Shown: positions 44,001 through 57,671, counted from the first letter of the stretch. The stretch: DNA of 64,000 nt from the human T2T-CHM13v2.0 reference genome, Homo sapiens (GCF_009914755.1 NC_060925.1), one strand, 5' to 3'. The notes: generated by a model not told the origin, from the letters alone. Numbers and translations are program-made.

Positions 44001-45087
44001 CAGCTTTTTTCCATTCAGTATAATGTTGGCCGCGGTTTTGTTATAGATGCCTCTTATTATTTTGAAGTATGTTCTTTCAGTGCCTAGTTTATTGAGGGCT
44101 GTTAACATGAAGGAATGTTGAATTTTATCCAAAGCCTTTTCTGCATCTATTGATATAATCTTGTGGTTTTTGTTTTCAGTTCTGTTTACGTGATGAATCA
44201 CATTTATTTGTTTGCATATGTTGAACCAACCTTGCATCTTGGGGATGAAGCCTACTTGATCATGGTGGATTAGCTTTTTGATGTGCTGCTGGATTTGGTT
44301 TGCTAGTATTTTTGAGGCTTTTTGCATCTATGTTCATCAAGAATATTGGCCTGAATTTTTCTGTGTGTGTGTGTGTGTGTGTTGTGTCTCTGCCAGGTTT
44401 TAGTATCAGGATGATTCTGGCCTCATATAATGAGTTAGAGAGGAGCCCCTCCTTTTCAACTTTTTGGAATAGTTTCAGTAGAAATGGTACCAGCTCTTCT
44501 CTATACTTGTGGTAGAATTCAGCTGTAAACTCATCTGGTCCTGGGCTTTTTGGTTGGTAAGCTTTCTATTATTGATTCAATTTTAGAACTCTTTATTCGT
44601 CTGTTCAGAGATTAAATTTCTTCCTGGTTCAAACTTGGGAGACCGTATGTGTGGAATGTATCCATTTCTTCTAGATTTTCTAGTTGACATGCTCCTGGGA
44701 CTCCATGTGTGCCTGAGCAGAGGCTCTGTCCAGACTCCACATAGCTCTCTGTGTCAGTCTGGAGGTTCCAGAGGTGTGAGCTTACAAGGGGATCACCTGA
44801 GCCTAGGGTTGCAAAGGTCCATGGCAGAAGTGTCTGTCCCTGGGGACTCAATTGCTCATCATTTCCCCAAGGTAGAAAAGTCTCCCCTGGCTCCATGCCA
44901 CACCTGAGTGGGAGGTTGTCCTGTCTCGCTCCTCTCTGTTCTCCATAGGTCAAGTTATTTCTTTGATGAATCCCAATGTGTTCCAGTTGAATGTTGCAGT
45001 TGAAGATCTAATAATTACTTGCTACTCTTTCTTTCCATGAGAGTGATGCACACTAGCTGCTTCTAGTCAGCCATGTTGGCCTCCTCC
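41072..45087 (-). mobile_element. L1PA15/16-like element: about 400 bp of 5' UTR joined directly to mid-ORF2, with 3' UTR; interrupted by an LTR
   Basis: 3' UTR ttggtatacagattatttcattac..gcatagtacccaataggt; RT residues in ORF 43785..44327; 5' end (rc) ggaggaggccaacatggctgactagaagc; junction at about 44685. Confidence 0.9.
42641..43448 (+). mobile_element. ERV1 solo LTR (LTR1/LTR27/LTR28 group)
   Basis: TG...CA ends, 4-bp TSD gtag/gcag, TATA-like cctataaaa at about 42814, AATAAA at 43082; L1 sequence is contiguous across it. Confidence 0.88.
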
Positions 45088-45796
45088 TTAAAATCTTTTC
45101 AGTGTAGTTTATCTCATTGCTTTTATCATAAGAAAGTCATTCGATAAGCTAAGGTTACCCAAATCGTCTTTGCTATGCTAATTTTTACAACTCTATAATT
45201 TACATTTTATTCTCTAAGGCATCAAAAATTCATTGTGGTCTATGGTGAAAGCTAATAATATAACTTAATTATTTTCTAATACTTTGGCAATTTTTAAAAC
45301 AATGGTTTGTTTGTTACAGTGAGTGTGAATACTGTTAATTTTTTAGTATTACTGCACTGTCGCCTTATGAGTTTTACTTCTGAAAATTGATTGAGGTTAT
45401 TTTTCTTATATGTTTTAAAACATTCTATGAGGGGTTGGCAATATTTATTTAATTTTTAGATATACATTGAATGTATTCACTATTCAATATACATCTAAAA
45501 ATAATGTATATCTAAAAATCAAATAAACATTATCATTCAGATTTTTCAAATACTCTATGTTCTTTATTTTGGTTTCAGTTGTCCCATAACAATTGCACAC
45601 ACTGAGAAATTACATCAGGTTCTTCTGGTTAAATAACATTTTAAACTTGAAAATATGAAGACAAGCTAGGATATTTTCGTTTGAAGAAACAAAATAGTTT
45701 TGAAGTTTTATAAAAATCTAAGTAAATTCAAACATAAAATAATAGAAAGAACATGAGTAGAGGAAGCTTAGCAATTAAGACTTGGTAATGTGGGGT

Positions 45797-46074
45797 TTTT
45801 TTTTTTTGCCTTTTCTTTTCTTTTTTTTTAATTATACTTTAAGTTTTAGGGTACATGTGCACAATGCGCAGGTTTGTTACATATGTTGTATACATGTGCC
45901 ATGTTGGTGTGCTGCACCCATTAACTCGTCATTTAACATTAGGTATATCTCCTAACACTATCCCTTCCCCCTCCCCCCACCCCACAACAGGCCCCAGTGT
46001 GTGATGTTCCCCTTCCTGTGTCCATGTGTTCTCATTGTTCAATTCCCACCTATGAGTGAGAACATGCGGTGTTT
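45797..46074 (-). mobile_element. L1PA4/5 3' end, heavily 5'-truncated
   Basis: TSD gtaatgtggggt at 45785-45796 and 46075-46086. Confidence 0.95.
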
Positions 46075-46429
46075 GTAATGTGGGGTCTTAAACATCATGG
46101 CAAGGAGCTGAGACCTTATTTTTTAGGCCACCTATTTTTAAATGCTGGTTTTGTTCCAGCTGCATAAAAATAACCTGAGGATTTTTGTAAGTATACATTG
46201 AAATCATATTTAAGTTACAGTTAGATTCTGACGGCAACTCTAAGAGGCAAATATCTTGTATTATCAAAATAAGTGCTGAAAAATCTCTTAGCGTATACTT
46301 GTGTGGTCACCTTGTACAGTAACTCCTATGGATGCTAAAGTCTGAGTATCAGCAAAAAATGAGAATATTGTGAAGATGATTGGGCATTCAAACTTATCTA
46401 CACTTAAGATAAATATCCATATATATTGG

Positions 46430-47510
46430 TGAATGACGATTAGGTTGAAATATTGTTCCTGGCCCAGTCTGTTTCCCTTTTGCTTCTGGTACTCCAATTA
46501 CTTGTTTAATAATCCTTTTTAAAATAATAGATATTTCTCCACTCCTTTTTTAATTTTCTGTCATCTTGCCTCTCAATGATTTAGTCTAGATTTATTTTTT
46601 GAACCACCTTCCAGTTTGACAATTCTTACTTTGTATGTGCCTAATTTGTTAATGCCATTGATTGAATTTTACTTTATTATATTTTTATATTTTATATTAC
46701 ATTATATTATATTTTGTTACATATTTATATAATAATGAAGAGAGATATATTTATTATATATATATATATATATCACATTGTTATTATATTTTTCAGTGCT
46801 AGGATTTCTAATTGATACAGTTTCCAGTCCTCTGCCTAAATTGTCCACCTTGTATTTTAATTACTTGAGCATATTAATCACAGTTTTATAGTGGATTTGA
46901 AAATTCACTTATGTATAGCTCTGGTGGGGATTTTATTTGCTCTTTTTCTTGGTTTTTTGATGAAATCTTTTTTTATGTTTGGGGCTTTTATTACTTTTTT
47001 TACATTAAATGTACTTTTTATATTAAACGTAAAAATTGTAAACATAATTTGAGACTCTAGATGTTTTCACTCTCCAAAAAAAATTTTAATTTTATTTCTA
47101 GCATGTATCTAGCGGGGACAATAGCAATACCAGATCATCTTAATACAATAAAGGTCTGAGATAATTTGAAGCTGAAACTTAATCCTTCTCTTAACTTTCA
47201 CCCTTATTCCTATGTTTAGCCCTTTAAAGTCCCAACAGAAACCTATGCATGTGCCAGAACCCTTCCTGCTTAGTGGGTTCTGAACTCCAGTTTTGGTTCT
47301 CTCAGCCCTTTCTCTCTGCCAAAATCTCTGCCTACATTCTCAAACTTTCCAAAGATACTTTCGGAGTTAGCCAATCCCTCAACAGGAAACGTAGTACTAA
47401 TTGCCAAGCTCATCTCTTTGGTTTTCCTCTTGCCCCCCACACCCCAAACCCTAGCCCTCAAAATTTTATTGTCTGATAACTTTCCAATGCCCGTAGATAT
47501 TTTAAAGCTG
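46430..47510 (-). mobile_element. Old L1M ORF1/5' region remnant
   Basis: cttctggtactccaattacttg..tttttcagtgctaggatttcta resemble antisense L1M ORF1. Confidence 0.55.
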
Positions 47511-47539
47511 CTTTGCCCAACGTTCCTAGGAAGTATAAG

Positions 47540-48010
47540 AATTTTATATCAGAGTTTTCCAAGCAACAGAGGTCAAAATAGAATTAGCCATGCAAGAGAT
47601 GTATTGGAAGCAATGTCTGTAAACATAAAGGTGAGGAAGTGAAAGAGTAGGCAGAGAGATTATTCAGACGATGATGCAGTTCTGAAACCCGGGAAAGAGG
47701 AGAGGGAAGGAAGAATAATTGGTTAGGAAAAGCTTTATGCTACAATGTACTTCTGGGGAAGTCTCAGCCCAGACAAGGGGGAGCTACAAAGTGAAGATTA
47801 ACTATCAAAGAACTCTTGTGTTAGCAGAAATGGCCCAGCTATAATACCCCCACCAAGTTCAGTCATTAGCTTTGAGCAACTCTGAGTGAGCATGGCCTTG
47901 GGGAAAACACTGAACTGTAGAGGATCGAAAGATGTGGTAACTGGAAGATCTTTTCCAGCTACTGTGCTCATAGCAAGTTTCCTTGAAGGGATAGCTAGTG
48001 ACCTATGGAA
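47540..48010 (-). mobile_element. ERVL LTR (LTR16-like)
   Basis: cagacgatgatgcagttctgaaac..gagagggaaggaag..cagaaatggcccagct..cagtcattagct resemble LTR16. Confidence 0.65.
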
Positions 48011-48429
48011 CCACAGGCCTTATAGCATAAATGTACTGCATAAATATTATGTATGATTTATTCCCCATCACCTTTACTTTTTCTTACCTTGTTATTTAGT
48101 GATTGATGTGTATATTTATAAGACTGCTTCAAAATAGCATTGGAATAAAGCAGACTATAATATTTTTAAACTTGTGGATTAACTTAAAAAATAAATATCT
48201 AAAAATAAATATTGGAACACACCAGAAATAGAATGGATGTCATTTTACTTAACTGGATAGTTTATTAAATCCCTTAAGCTTTTGATTATATTGATTTCTA
48301 TTTTTGTTTTATGTTTTGTTCATCAGCATATTACCTGTAGATCTTATTTACTGATTTTAGAGATGTAAAAGGCCTAAATGTGTTTTCTTCTTTCCACCTA
48401 TTGCCAGATGCTTGAATTATACAATCAGA

Positions 48430-48740
48430 TTAACAATATATTGTCTCATACTTCATGTTTTCTCCTGCCTCTCCCTGGAGTGCCCCTCACTGCTTCTTAT
48501 TGTGGTTATTTCTTATGTTTCTTTCAAGGATCAGTTCAAGCATCATCATCTTCAGGAAGTACCCCCATATAACTTTTCTATGTTTCTGTAATATCTTATG
48601 GATATGTTCATTATATCACTTATCCCACTGTGCTTTAATGATTGTTTGAGCTCCTTGAACAGACACCTTGCTTGTGTTTTTCATAGTATTTCTTATAAGT
48701 AGTAATTTGTAAATAAGTGCTCAATAAATGTTTGTTCAAT
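48430..48740 (+). mobile_element. L2 3' remnant
   Basis: tgagctccttgaacagac..taagtgctcaataaatgtttgttcaat is a typical L2 terminus. Confidence 0.6.
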
Positions 48741-48906
48741 AAAAATATATGTAACCGTAAGTATGTTTAGCACCTCTATTTAGTCATATTCACTGATTGT
48801 GGTGAAGACAGGCATAGGTTTTGCTTGACATAGGGGGCAGGATGCAGTTCTAGGTACTAGTGATGGGGCACTGCATATTGAAGAAGGTTTAAAAAATGAC
48901 CACCCC

Positions 48907-49170
48907 ATCACGAGGTCAGGAATTTGAGAACAGCCTGGCCAACATAGTGAAACCCCATCTCTACTAAAAATACAAAAAATTAGCCAGGAGTGATGATGGG
49001 CACCTGTAATCCTAGCTACTAAGGAAACTGAAGCAGAAGAATCACTTGAACCCAGGAGATGGAGGTTGTAGTGAGCCGAGCACTCAGCCTGGACAACAGA
49101 GCGAGACTTTGTCTCAAAAAAAACAAACAAAAAGCAAACAAACAGCAAACAAACAAAAAACGAACAAGCA
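48907..49170 (+). mobile_element. 5'-truncated Alu with A/AAAC tail
   Basis: atcacgaggtcagg..gcgagactttgtctcaaaa; TSD-like tg(a/g)ccacccc. Confidence 0.93.
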
Positions 49171-49778
49171 ACTGGCCACCCCTAAAGAGCATAGAATGTG
49201 CTTACCATGGGAAACCTGAGAGTAAGTTACTTGCTGAAAAGTAACTCACAATTTTTCACAAAGCTCTCTGGGATTTCAATTTTAGTTTGTTTTCAGTATC
49301 TATTACCTAAGCCTAAGTGGATTGGTTTGGTAAACTAAGTGTTTTTAGCCATTAGTGAAAAGCAAATGGCATTCACACATCTGCTTAATGAAAAAAAAAA
49401 AAAAACATGTTTTTTTAGTTTCCTACAGATGCGGTCAAGAATAGGGTGTTAGTTATACCTAGGAGCAAAAAACAAAATCAATATCAAATGTGAAATGTCA
49501 CTTACAGCTTTATCTTGCCAGTTTTTCTTTTAGACCTCTCTTGATTTCTGGAACAGAGGCTCTGAGACTATTCATTTGTGTGGTTGTCTTAGTTGTTCTC
49601 CTCTAGAACACTCACCAGCCTTTTGATTCCTAACTCCCTTATTTCTGTTGTCCTCACCTCCAGAACACTGTTCAGATTGAATGGGAACTAGGCTGGAGAA
49701 ACACTATAGCTCTGCTTTATGCAATATCACACTTACACAGCAATTGGCATAACTATCATGTTTTAAAAATTAATAATA

Positions 49779-50070
49779 GGTCTGGTGCAGTGGCTCACGC
49801 CTGTAATCCCAGCACTTGGGAGGCTGAGATAGGCGGATCACCTGAGGTCAGGAGTCCAAGAACAGCCTGGGCAACATGGTAAAACCTCGTCTCTATTAAA
49901 AATACAAAAATCAGCAGGGCATGGTAGCACTTGCCTGTAATCCCAGCTACTCGGGAGGCTGAGGCACAAGAATCGCTTGAACCCAGGAGGCAGATGTTGC
50001 AGTGAGCTGAATCATACCACTGCACTCCAGACTGAGTGACAGAGTGAGATTCTGTCTCAAAAAAAATAAT
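49779..50070 (+). mobile_element. Alu (AluSx/Sz-like)
   Basis: gtggctcacgcctgtaatccc..ggatcacctgaggtcaggag. Confidence 0.96.
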
Positions 50071-50788
50071 AATGAGAATTATGACATGTTAGAAATTTCA
50101 CAAATAAGATTACTCTGAATGATATTTATAAATATACCTTTATTTTTTCCTTCTAGTGAGCTTAAGATACTTGACTATGGAAAACCTATTATAAGAGCAA
50201 AAAAACGAAATATTTTTCTCTAAGTTTTGTGGACATCACCTTTCTGCTTAAAATTTTCCAATGGCTTTGCACTGCAAATTGAATAAATTTCAAATGCAAT
50301 GTCTGCAAGGCCTTACATAATCTAGATGTCACCTGTCTTTATAGTTTATTCTCTTAATATTTTTGCCTGGTTCCCTATTCCCAGTAGACTTCCTTTTAAT
50401 ATTCAGTCATGTCTAGGCTCTTCCTTCCTTAGAAATTTTGCCTATCATCATCCACATTTTCCCTGGTCTTCATGTATCTGGATTTTTTGTTTGTTTGTTT
50501 GTTTTCTTTTTTTCATTCAGTTCTCAGCTCAAATGTCATCTTCTTAGAAATGTTTACTCTGACAATCTTAGATAAAGTAGGCCCCTCCTCACCCTGCCTC
50601 TATTTTATTAGTCTATTTTACTTACTCTAAAGTATTCTACATTACCTTAACCTGTTGATTCCATGAGGGCATGAACTTTGTTTGGTCACTATAAAGGAGA
50701 CAACTTGGCTAAAATATCAACAGTGTCATATGTGATCCTGCCACCTTCAGATTCAGTTCTTTGAAAGCTCAAAGATTAGCTTTGATTG

Positions 50789-51360
50789 TGAGAGAGGAGA
50801 ACAGAAGAAAATGGTCAAGCAGACGGTTAGGGTGGGCCCTTGGTTGAATTCTTTTGAACAAAAGAACAGCCTGAAAAATCAAGCTGTGGGCACAGATAAG
50901 GGAACTTGCACAGCAGAGCTTGCCTAAGACATGCCTACTGCAGCACAGACAAGAAAGGCTACACAGGTGACCTGCCCAGACATGCCCACGATAGAAAATT
51001 CCATCCTCTAACACATGTGCAGTTAAGGGGAACAAAGCAATATAGAGTAACTCAAGCTAAGGGCCCACATACACACTAGGAGGATGGGGATGGAGCTACC
51101 AGAAATTTGTGCCTTGTGAAAATTAGACATCCAGGCCCCATCAGTTTCTTATAAAAGCCTCTGCATTCAACTGTAAAAACAGCAACCCGTTTGGTCCCCT
51201 TCTCTGCTGCAGAGAGCTTCTTTCACTTATTAAATTTTTGCTCCAACCTCACCCTTTGTGTCCACGTTCCTTAATTCTCTCTGTTTTGAGACAAAGAACT
51301 CCAGGTGACACATCACAATGAAAGACTGCTACATTGTGGTACATTGGTAACACTGTAACA
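50789..51360 (+). mobile_element. ERV1 solo LTR (LTR9-like; family uncertain)
   Basis: TG...CA ends, TSD attg/atgg, tataaaag at about 51150, ATTAAA at about 51229. Confidence 0.82.
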
Positions 51361-51892
51361 ATGGGACTGACTTCACATATGGGTGGTCACTGAGAAGAGG
51401 ACAACTGGCTACAAATATCAACAGGCTTTAACAGTCTTCTTTCCTTCAAGTCCAGTTCTTTGAAAGTCCAAATTTGCTCTGAACTGACTTCAAGCAAGTG
51501 CCCACTCTTGAACAAATTACTGAGGCTGGAGGATAAAGACACAAATTGGCCAAACTTGGATTACCTGCCTTCTGCATCTTAAAGGTAGGACCAGCTCAGA
51601 GAGTAAAGACTGAGAATATGAACGAATGATTTTCCAGAGAAAATTAGGGTAATTTTTCTGAAAAAATTGGGGTTTGGGAGAATGGGAACTGGGCAGTGAA
51701 AGCAGCAGTTGCTAACTAAAAGAAATAGTAATCGATATGTTCAGTTTAAAGGGCTACAAGGCATTCCTTAGGGTGGATGTATACTAATATAGCTTATCAT
51801 TTCCCTGTGGATGAATATTTTAGGTTGTTTGCAAAATAGTGTTATGATAAACATCATTGTTCATTTATTTTGATTATATCAAAATTATTCCT

Positions 51893-52493
<601 letters not shown>

Positions 52494-53448
52494 TCTAGAA
52501 TATTCCAGTTCTAGTAAGCACATAGGGGGTTTTACAAACCCAAGTGCTCTCAGAGACTGGTTTCTGGATAATAATTTAAATCTAGCTTTAAATTGAACCT
52601 AGTACAAATCACTCATTAATCAATAGACTGTCCATCTCTAAAAAAAGTCTTACTCTAAGTGGTGGTTTGGAAATACATAGTGGGGAAAACTTGACAACAT
52701 CTCAAACCAATAATGAAGACAAGAGTAGTCACCAGGAGGAGGCTTAAGAAAAATGCTGAGTCTTAGAATAACGAAAAGTTTGCCTGGGGTGTGGTGAGAA
52801 ATGGTAAGACTCTGGGAAAACTTAGATAAAGCTACCCAAAGGAGAAGAATGTGAATCTGGTAAACTCCAGTTGTGAAGCACCGGTGCAGTAAATTCCACT
52901 GTGATCTCAGAGAGTTCATCAGACTTTGGGTGAAATATGGTTTTAGATTGTGCAAATCTTTTTACTGTGATTTCAGAAACATATCTAATATATATTGAAT
53001 GCTTACTCAGAGCTGTGTTCTGTGTTCATTTGTTTCTCACATGAATTAGGAACTATTCTTATAGTAATTTTGCTGATAAACCAATTGAGATGCGAAGTAA
53101 TTAGTTTCATTGTTAGCAACTGGTGATGCTGAGATTTAAGCTGCTGATTTCTAACTCGAGAGTCCACCACATTAGCTCTGTTCTATTTTATTCTCAGTAT
53201 ATTACATGTTTTTTTACAGTCAAGCCTTTTCAGTAATATTTATCTTTCTGTGAACACTGACACTAGCAATAGGTCCCTTAAAATCTTAGACATAAGTATT
53301 CTAATCAGCTAAAGCTATATTTCCCTTTGAAAATTACTGCTTAGAAATTCAACTTATATTTTGATGACTTATGAAATGGCTAACAACGTTAGTCCCAAGG
53401 CCCCAGTGAACTCTGGGTATGAAAAAAAAATTATTTAAAGTTGAAGGC

Positions 53449-53950
53449 TGTAGGAGAGAAAAAAATATATATTTTTCTCCTCACCCATTGCGAGGTTCAT
53501 GGCTGACACCTCTATAACAAAAGGCAGATTAATAAGAAAAAATATATAAATTTATTTAGTAGTTTTATATGACATAGAAGTGTTCAGAAATAAAGACCCA
53601 AATATCTATGGAAAACCCTACTTTTATGGATAGTCGCGCAGAAGTGTGACTGGAAGACAAAGAGTATGATCTAATTCTAATAAGCTGGAGGAACTTACTA
53701 AGGCCTGTTTTTTCAGATTCTTCTTGGTTTCTAGATGAAGAGTAAAGACCCTGTGGAACGAGGGTCTTCTGACTTACTTTCAGCAAAAGTAGTCAGAGGC
53801 TTCTTTTATGACCTGCTTCAGGACATAAAGGCAGAAAGTCAGGGTGACAACCTTGCTGCTGCTGTGGATTTCTTGATTTCCTTCTGCTTAAGATGCTCAA
53901 CATGCCAAGATGCCATATTTGTGGTATTGTGGTATTGTGATCTGAGGTCT
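53449..53950 (-). mobile_element. ERV1 LTR (MER4-group, MER34/MER39-like)
   Basis: tataacaaaaggcagattaataagaaaaaa..atttattt..gccaagatgccatatttgtggta resemble a MER4-group LTR reverse complement. Confidence 0.7.
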
Positions 53951-56852
53951 GGCAAGACCAAATCCTGAATCCTGGAGACTCCATTAGACCCTACCTGAAT
54001 AGCCATCCTCTCCCCCTGTCTTTATGACCTTGCCGTCTCATCTTTCAGACAATTCTATTGAGTTGTTAGAAAGAAATTGCCCTTGGATAAATAAGAAAGC
54101 ATCTGTCATCTTAATGTGACAGTTAGTAAAGTAGCACAGGACCAGAACAATAATCATTTAATTGTTTTCGATTGCTTGGGAAATGCCACTGAGCCTCAAA
54201 CAAATGCCTGGGGGAGGGTGTAATAAAAATGTCGGTGTGGGAGTGTGCATTATCTCATTCCAGTTCCCAAAGTTATTTGGAGATCCAATAGTCTGACCCA
54301 CTCCCACCACCCCCACAACCCAATAAAAAGAAAGAAAGAAAAGAACAGGAAAAAAAAAGTTACTAGACTGAGAATGTAAATGTTGTTATGTTTCTTTGCT
54401 ATTAGTTACTTTGAGGCTTCAATTTTTGACTTGGAGAAAGTATGTCTGCTGGTGGCACCATGCTTGAGGCAATGGGAAAAATATGTGAACCAGTATTCTT
54501 CCTATAAGCCAGGAGAAAATGCTGTTATACATAGTATTTATAAACAGCCCCGAAAATAATTACTGAATTCAGAAACAGTTTATCATAGGTAAGCACAGGG
54601 CTGAGCAGAGAAAGTTTTAGGATTTAAAAGTTCAAGTGGCAGAGAAAATGACTTTTTCTTTTAATGAAATGTTTTGTTGAAGTGTTTCGAATGTGATTAC
54701 CAGGAGTAAAAAGGTAGTCCAGCAGACTTTTCCAGCCTCTCAGGCGTAGTGCTCAGGGAAGGCAGATATCATTCTTCCTCAACCTGTTTTGGAATCCTAA
54801 CAGCATGGTAAAGAGGGATTTGGCAAAGGTTCCTGAGGATAGAAACTGTGTTTCTCTTGTTTTTTGCTGTATCCTCAGACTGTGGCACTGGCAAGGCATT
54901 ATGTAGAGTTTTATAAGTATCTATTAAAAGCTGCTGAATAAATAAGAGACTTTGTCTTATCACCCAGAATTTCTTTCATTGGTGATTGTTTGGCTGTGTA
55001 TCTGGAATTAAATATAAGCTAGTGGACCTCTTGGTAGACTGCCATAGAGGAAATTCAGAGGGGATCAAAGCAGATAACCTCAATGTCAGTTTTAATCTTG
55101 AGAGGCTACAATTCTAAAACCTTTCAAAGACTCAATTTGATGGGCCTGATTAAGCAAAATGTCTAGTCCCTCAGTGTCAGGAACACACCTCTGATGGAAT
55201 TTGTGAATTTTTTGATGAAGATATATATTTACAAGAAAAGACTGCTGGACTCCTCCAGATACAGGCTGATACACAGGGTTTATCTGTCACAAATGTAAAA
55301 TCAGAGCCTCCCAACAATTTTAGAAAATAATTTTTTTATTAGGCTCAGAAGTGACCTTAACAAAGTTTTGGGGAATTTCTGTCAAGGTCCTTGAGCTCCA
55401 TGGGAACCATTTGAGTCTGGGAAGGTACCTGGGTGACCTGAACTTAATTGGCTCCTCTCTTGGCCCCTCTGAGACCCTCACTGAATCACCACGTACATGG
55501 AAGTAATGACACTTACCGCCTTGCATTCATTAGTATAATAGCTTTAATGATTTGATTTGCTCCTATAAAAGTTGCTATATAAATGCAAATGATTGCCAAG
55601 GATGATAATTAACAGTCTTCAGCTGCAAACTATTTAAACCTCAAGTCCATAGGTCACAGAAAAGAGAAATGTAAGGGTATTATTTAAGAAGACTGTTACC
55701 TCTTTGTGCTAAATATGATGACAGGCATTTGTAAAAGCTGCGTCCTTCTCTAGTTACATAGCCTGGGTATTTTTGCTGACTGAAGGATATACTGGTATAA
55801 TTCATCTTTCGGAAGTGTTAAATGCTAGGGTGGTAAGATGTTGCATTAAAGATGGGGGAGGGGGTAAGAGAAAGGAGGGGGAACCAGGGAGTCTATTTCC
55901 AGGTAGGAAAATGCAAAGTCCCGGAACCCTAAGTGTGTTTAATAGAGAAAGATTTATCATGATATGTACTCTGCCAGCAGTGTACACAAACACTTTTACA
56001 AGATAAAAACAAAAAGTGCAATAGCAGAAGCCAAGCATTTCAAGTGAAATGTAATTTACTCCCTTATGCATTGTTTACTTTGGCATGGCCATGTATTAGA
56101 TACTTCTTATTGACAACATTGATTATCTCCATGAAACCAGCAATTCGATTAAATAGCAAAAGCTTCAGTTCTCTCCATTTTAATCTGGAAGGAAGAGAGA
56201 ATTTTTGTTGCTAGCGATGAGCTACATTTGCTCATTAAGTCCAGCTGCCCATCTTGCTGTTAAATTACAATAAAATAAAATAAGATTAGCTAAAATAAAA
56301 GGAAAAGGTGGCTATGCTTTCCTTCCTCTCACAGGTTGGCTCCCTTTTTTAAAAGATTAAATTTTATAAAGTTTTGATTTTTACAATGTGAGCTAGAGAG
56401 CTAGACTACAGCCTTTGTTTTTTCATTAACTCATATATTCCTTTAATAACCCTAGTACAGATGGACATGTGGCAAAACCTTCTACTCAGCATATTAACTA
56501 AATAGAGAATTAATTAAGAATAAAGAATCTTTGCCACCTGCTTAGGTGTCTTATCTTCCTTGGTTTGTAGGGACAGTTATTTTTACATCTTTTAGGAGTT
56601 CTCATTAACTTCTTATAGTGTCACAACGTTCTCTGATCTTAAATGCTTGCCTTCTCTTTGTAAGCCATTCTAGTTTTACAGCTTATCTCTTTCATCTATT
56701 GCTTGATCCAAGATCAGTCTTTCATTTGTTTATAGATAATTTACTTCTACTGGCTATTTGGGATTTTCAAGCACAAAATGTCAATCGAAGTCAGAAGTTC
56801 AGAAAAGAGACTCAAGTACTTTGAAGTAGAAGACATTTAATGTTCATCTGGG

Positions 56853-57521
56853 TGAAACCGCCTTTGCAAAATTAGGACTGGGACAGTGAAAGAGATCTAA
56901 ACTAACTGACTCTATTTTGCTTCTAACCTTTAAGCTGCCCTTGTTATTTCCTGGGCATAGACTGGCTAACTTTGGGAGGAACTTAGTTTATAGTTTAAAA
57001 CAAAGGCAATAACAGCCCTTTCCCAAAACAAACCTCCTTCTTGCCCAGGGACTAGAATGCCGTTGTAGGACTAACAAATTAGCCACAAGATTAGAAATTA
57101 TGGTTTAGAAGTCATGCATCTGGAAGATACAAGATTCTGACCCTCCCTAAACTGTTCCTAAAGTTAGTGCTTGCGATATTTGGCGGATATTTTCCTGTGT
57201 TTGATGGATCAGCTGGCACCACCCAGATGGATAAACTGGCACATCTGCTCTTGTGGCCCCCACCCAGGAACTGACTCAGTGCAAGAGCACAGCTTCAGTT
57301 CCCTATGATTTCATCTCCTACCTGACCAATCAGCACTCCCAGCTCACTGGCTTCCCCAACTGATCAAGTTGTCTTTAAAAACTCTGATCCCCAAATGCTC
57401 AAGGAGACTGATTTGAGTAATAATAAAACTCTAGTCTCCCACACAGCTGGCTCTGCATGAATTACTCTTTCTCTATTACTCAGTTGGCCAGTGGGCAAGC
57501 TGAACCCATTGGGCTGTGGCA
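56853..57521 (+). mobile_element. ERV1 solo LTR8
   Basis: tgaaaccgcctttgcaaaatta..gatttgagtaataataaaactc; TSD tggg/tggt. Confidence 0.9.
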
Positions 57522-57671
57522 TGGTGAGGGGCGTTCATGCTCCAAAGGTGAGAAGTCTTACAAAGGTTGAAAGACTGATAAACCCATGAACTGACTTCTA
57601 ATGTCTCATGTAATTTGCTTTTAAAAAAGAAGCAGTGTGTTTGTAATTTGAGTTCAAAATACATTACACAC

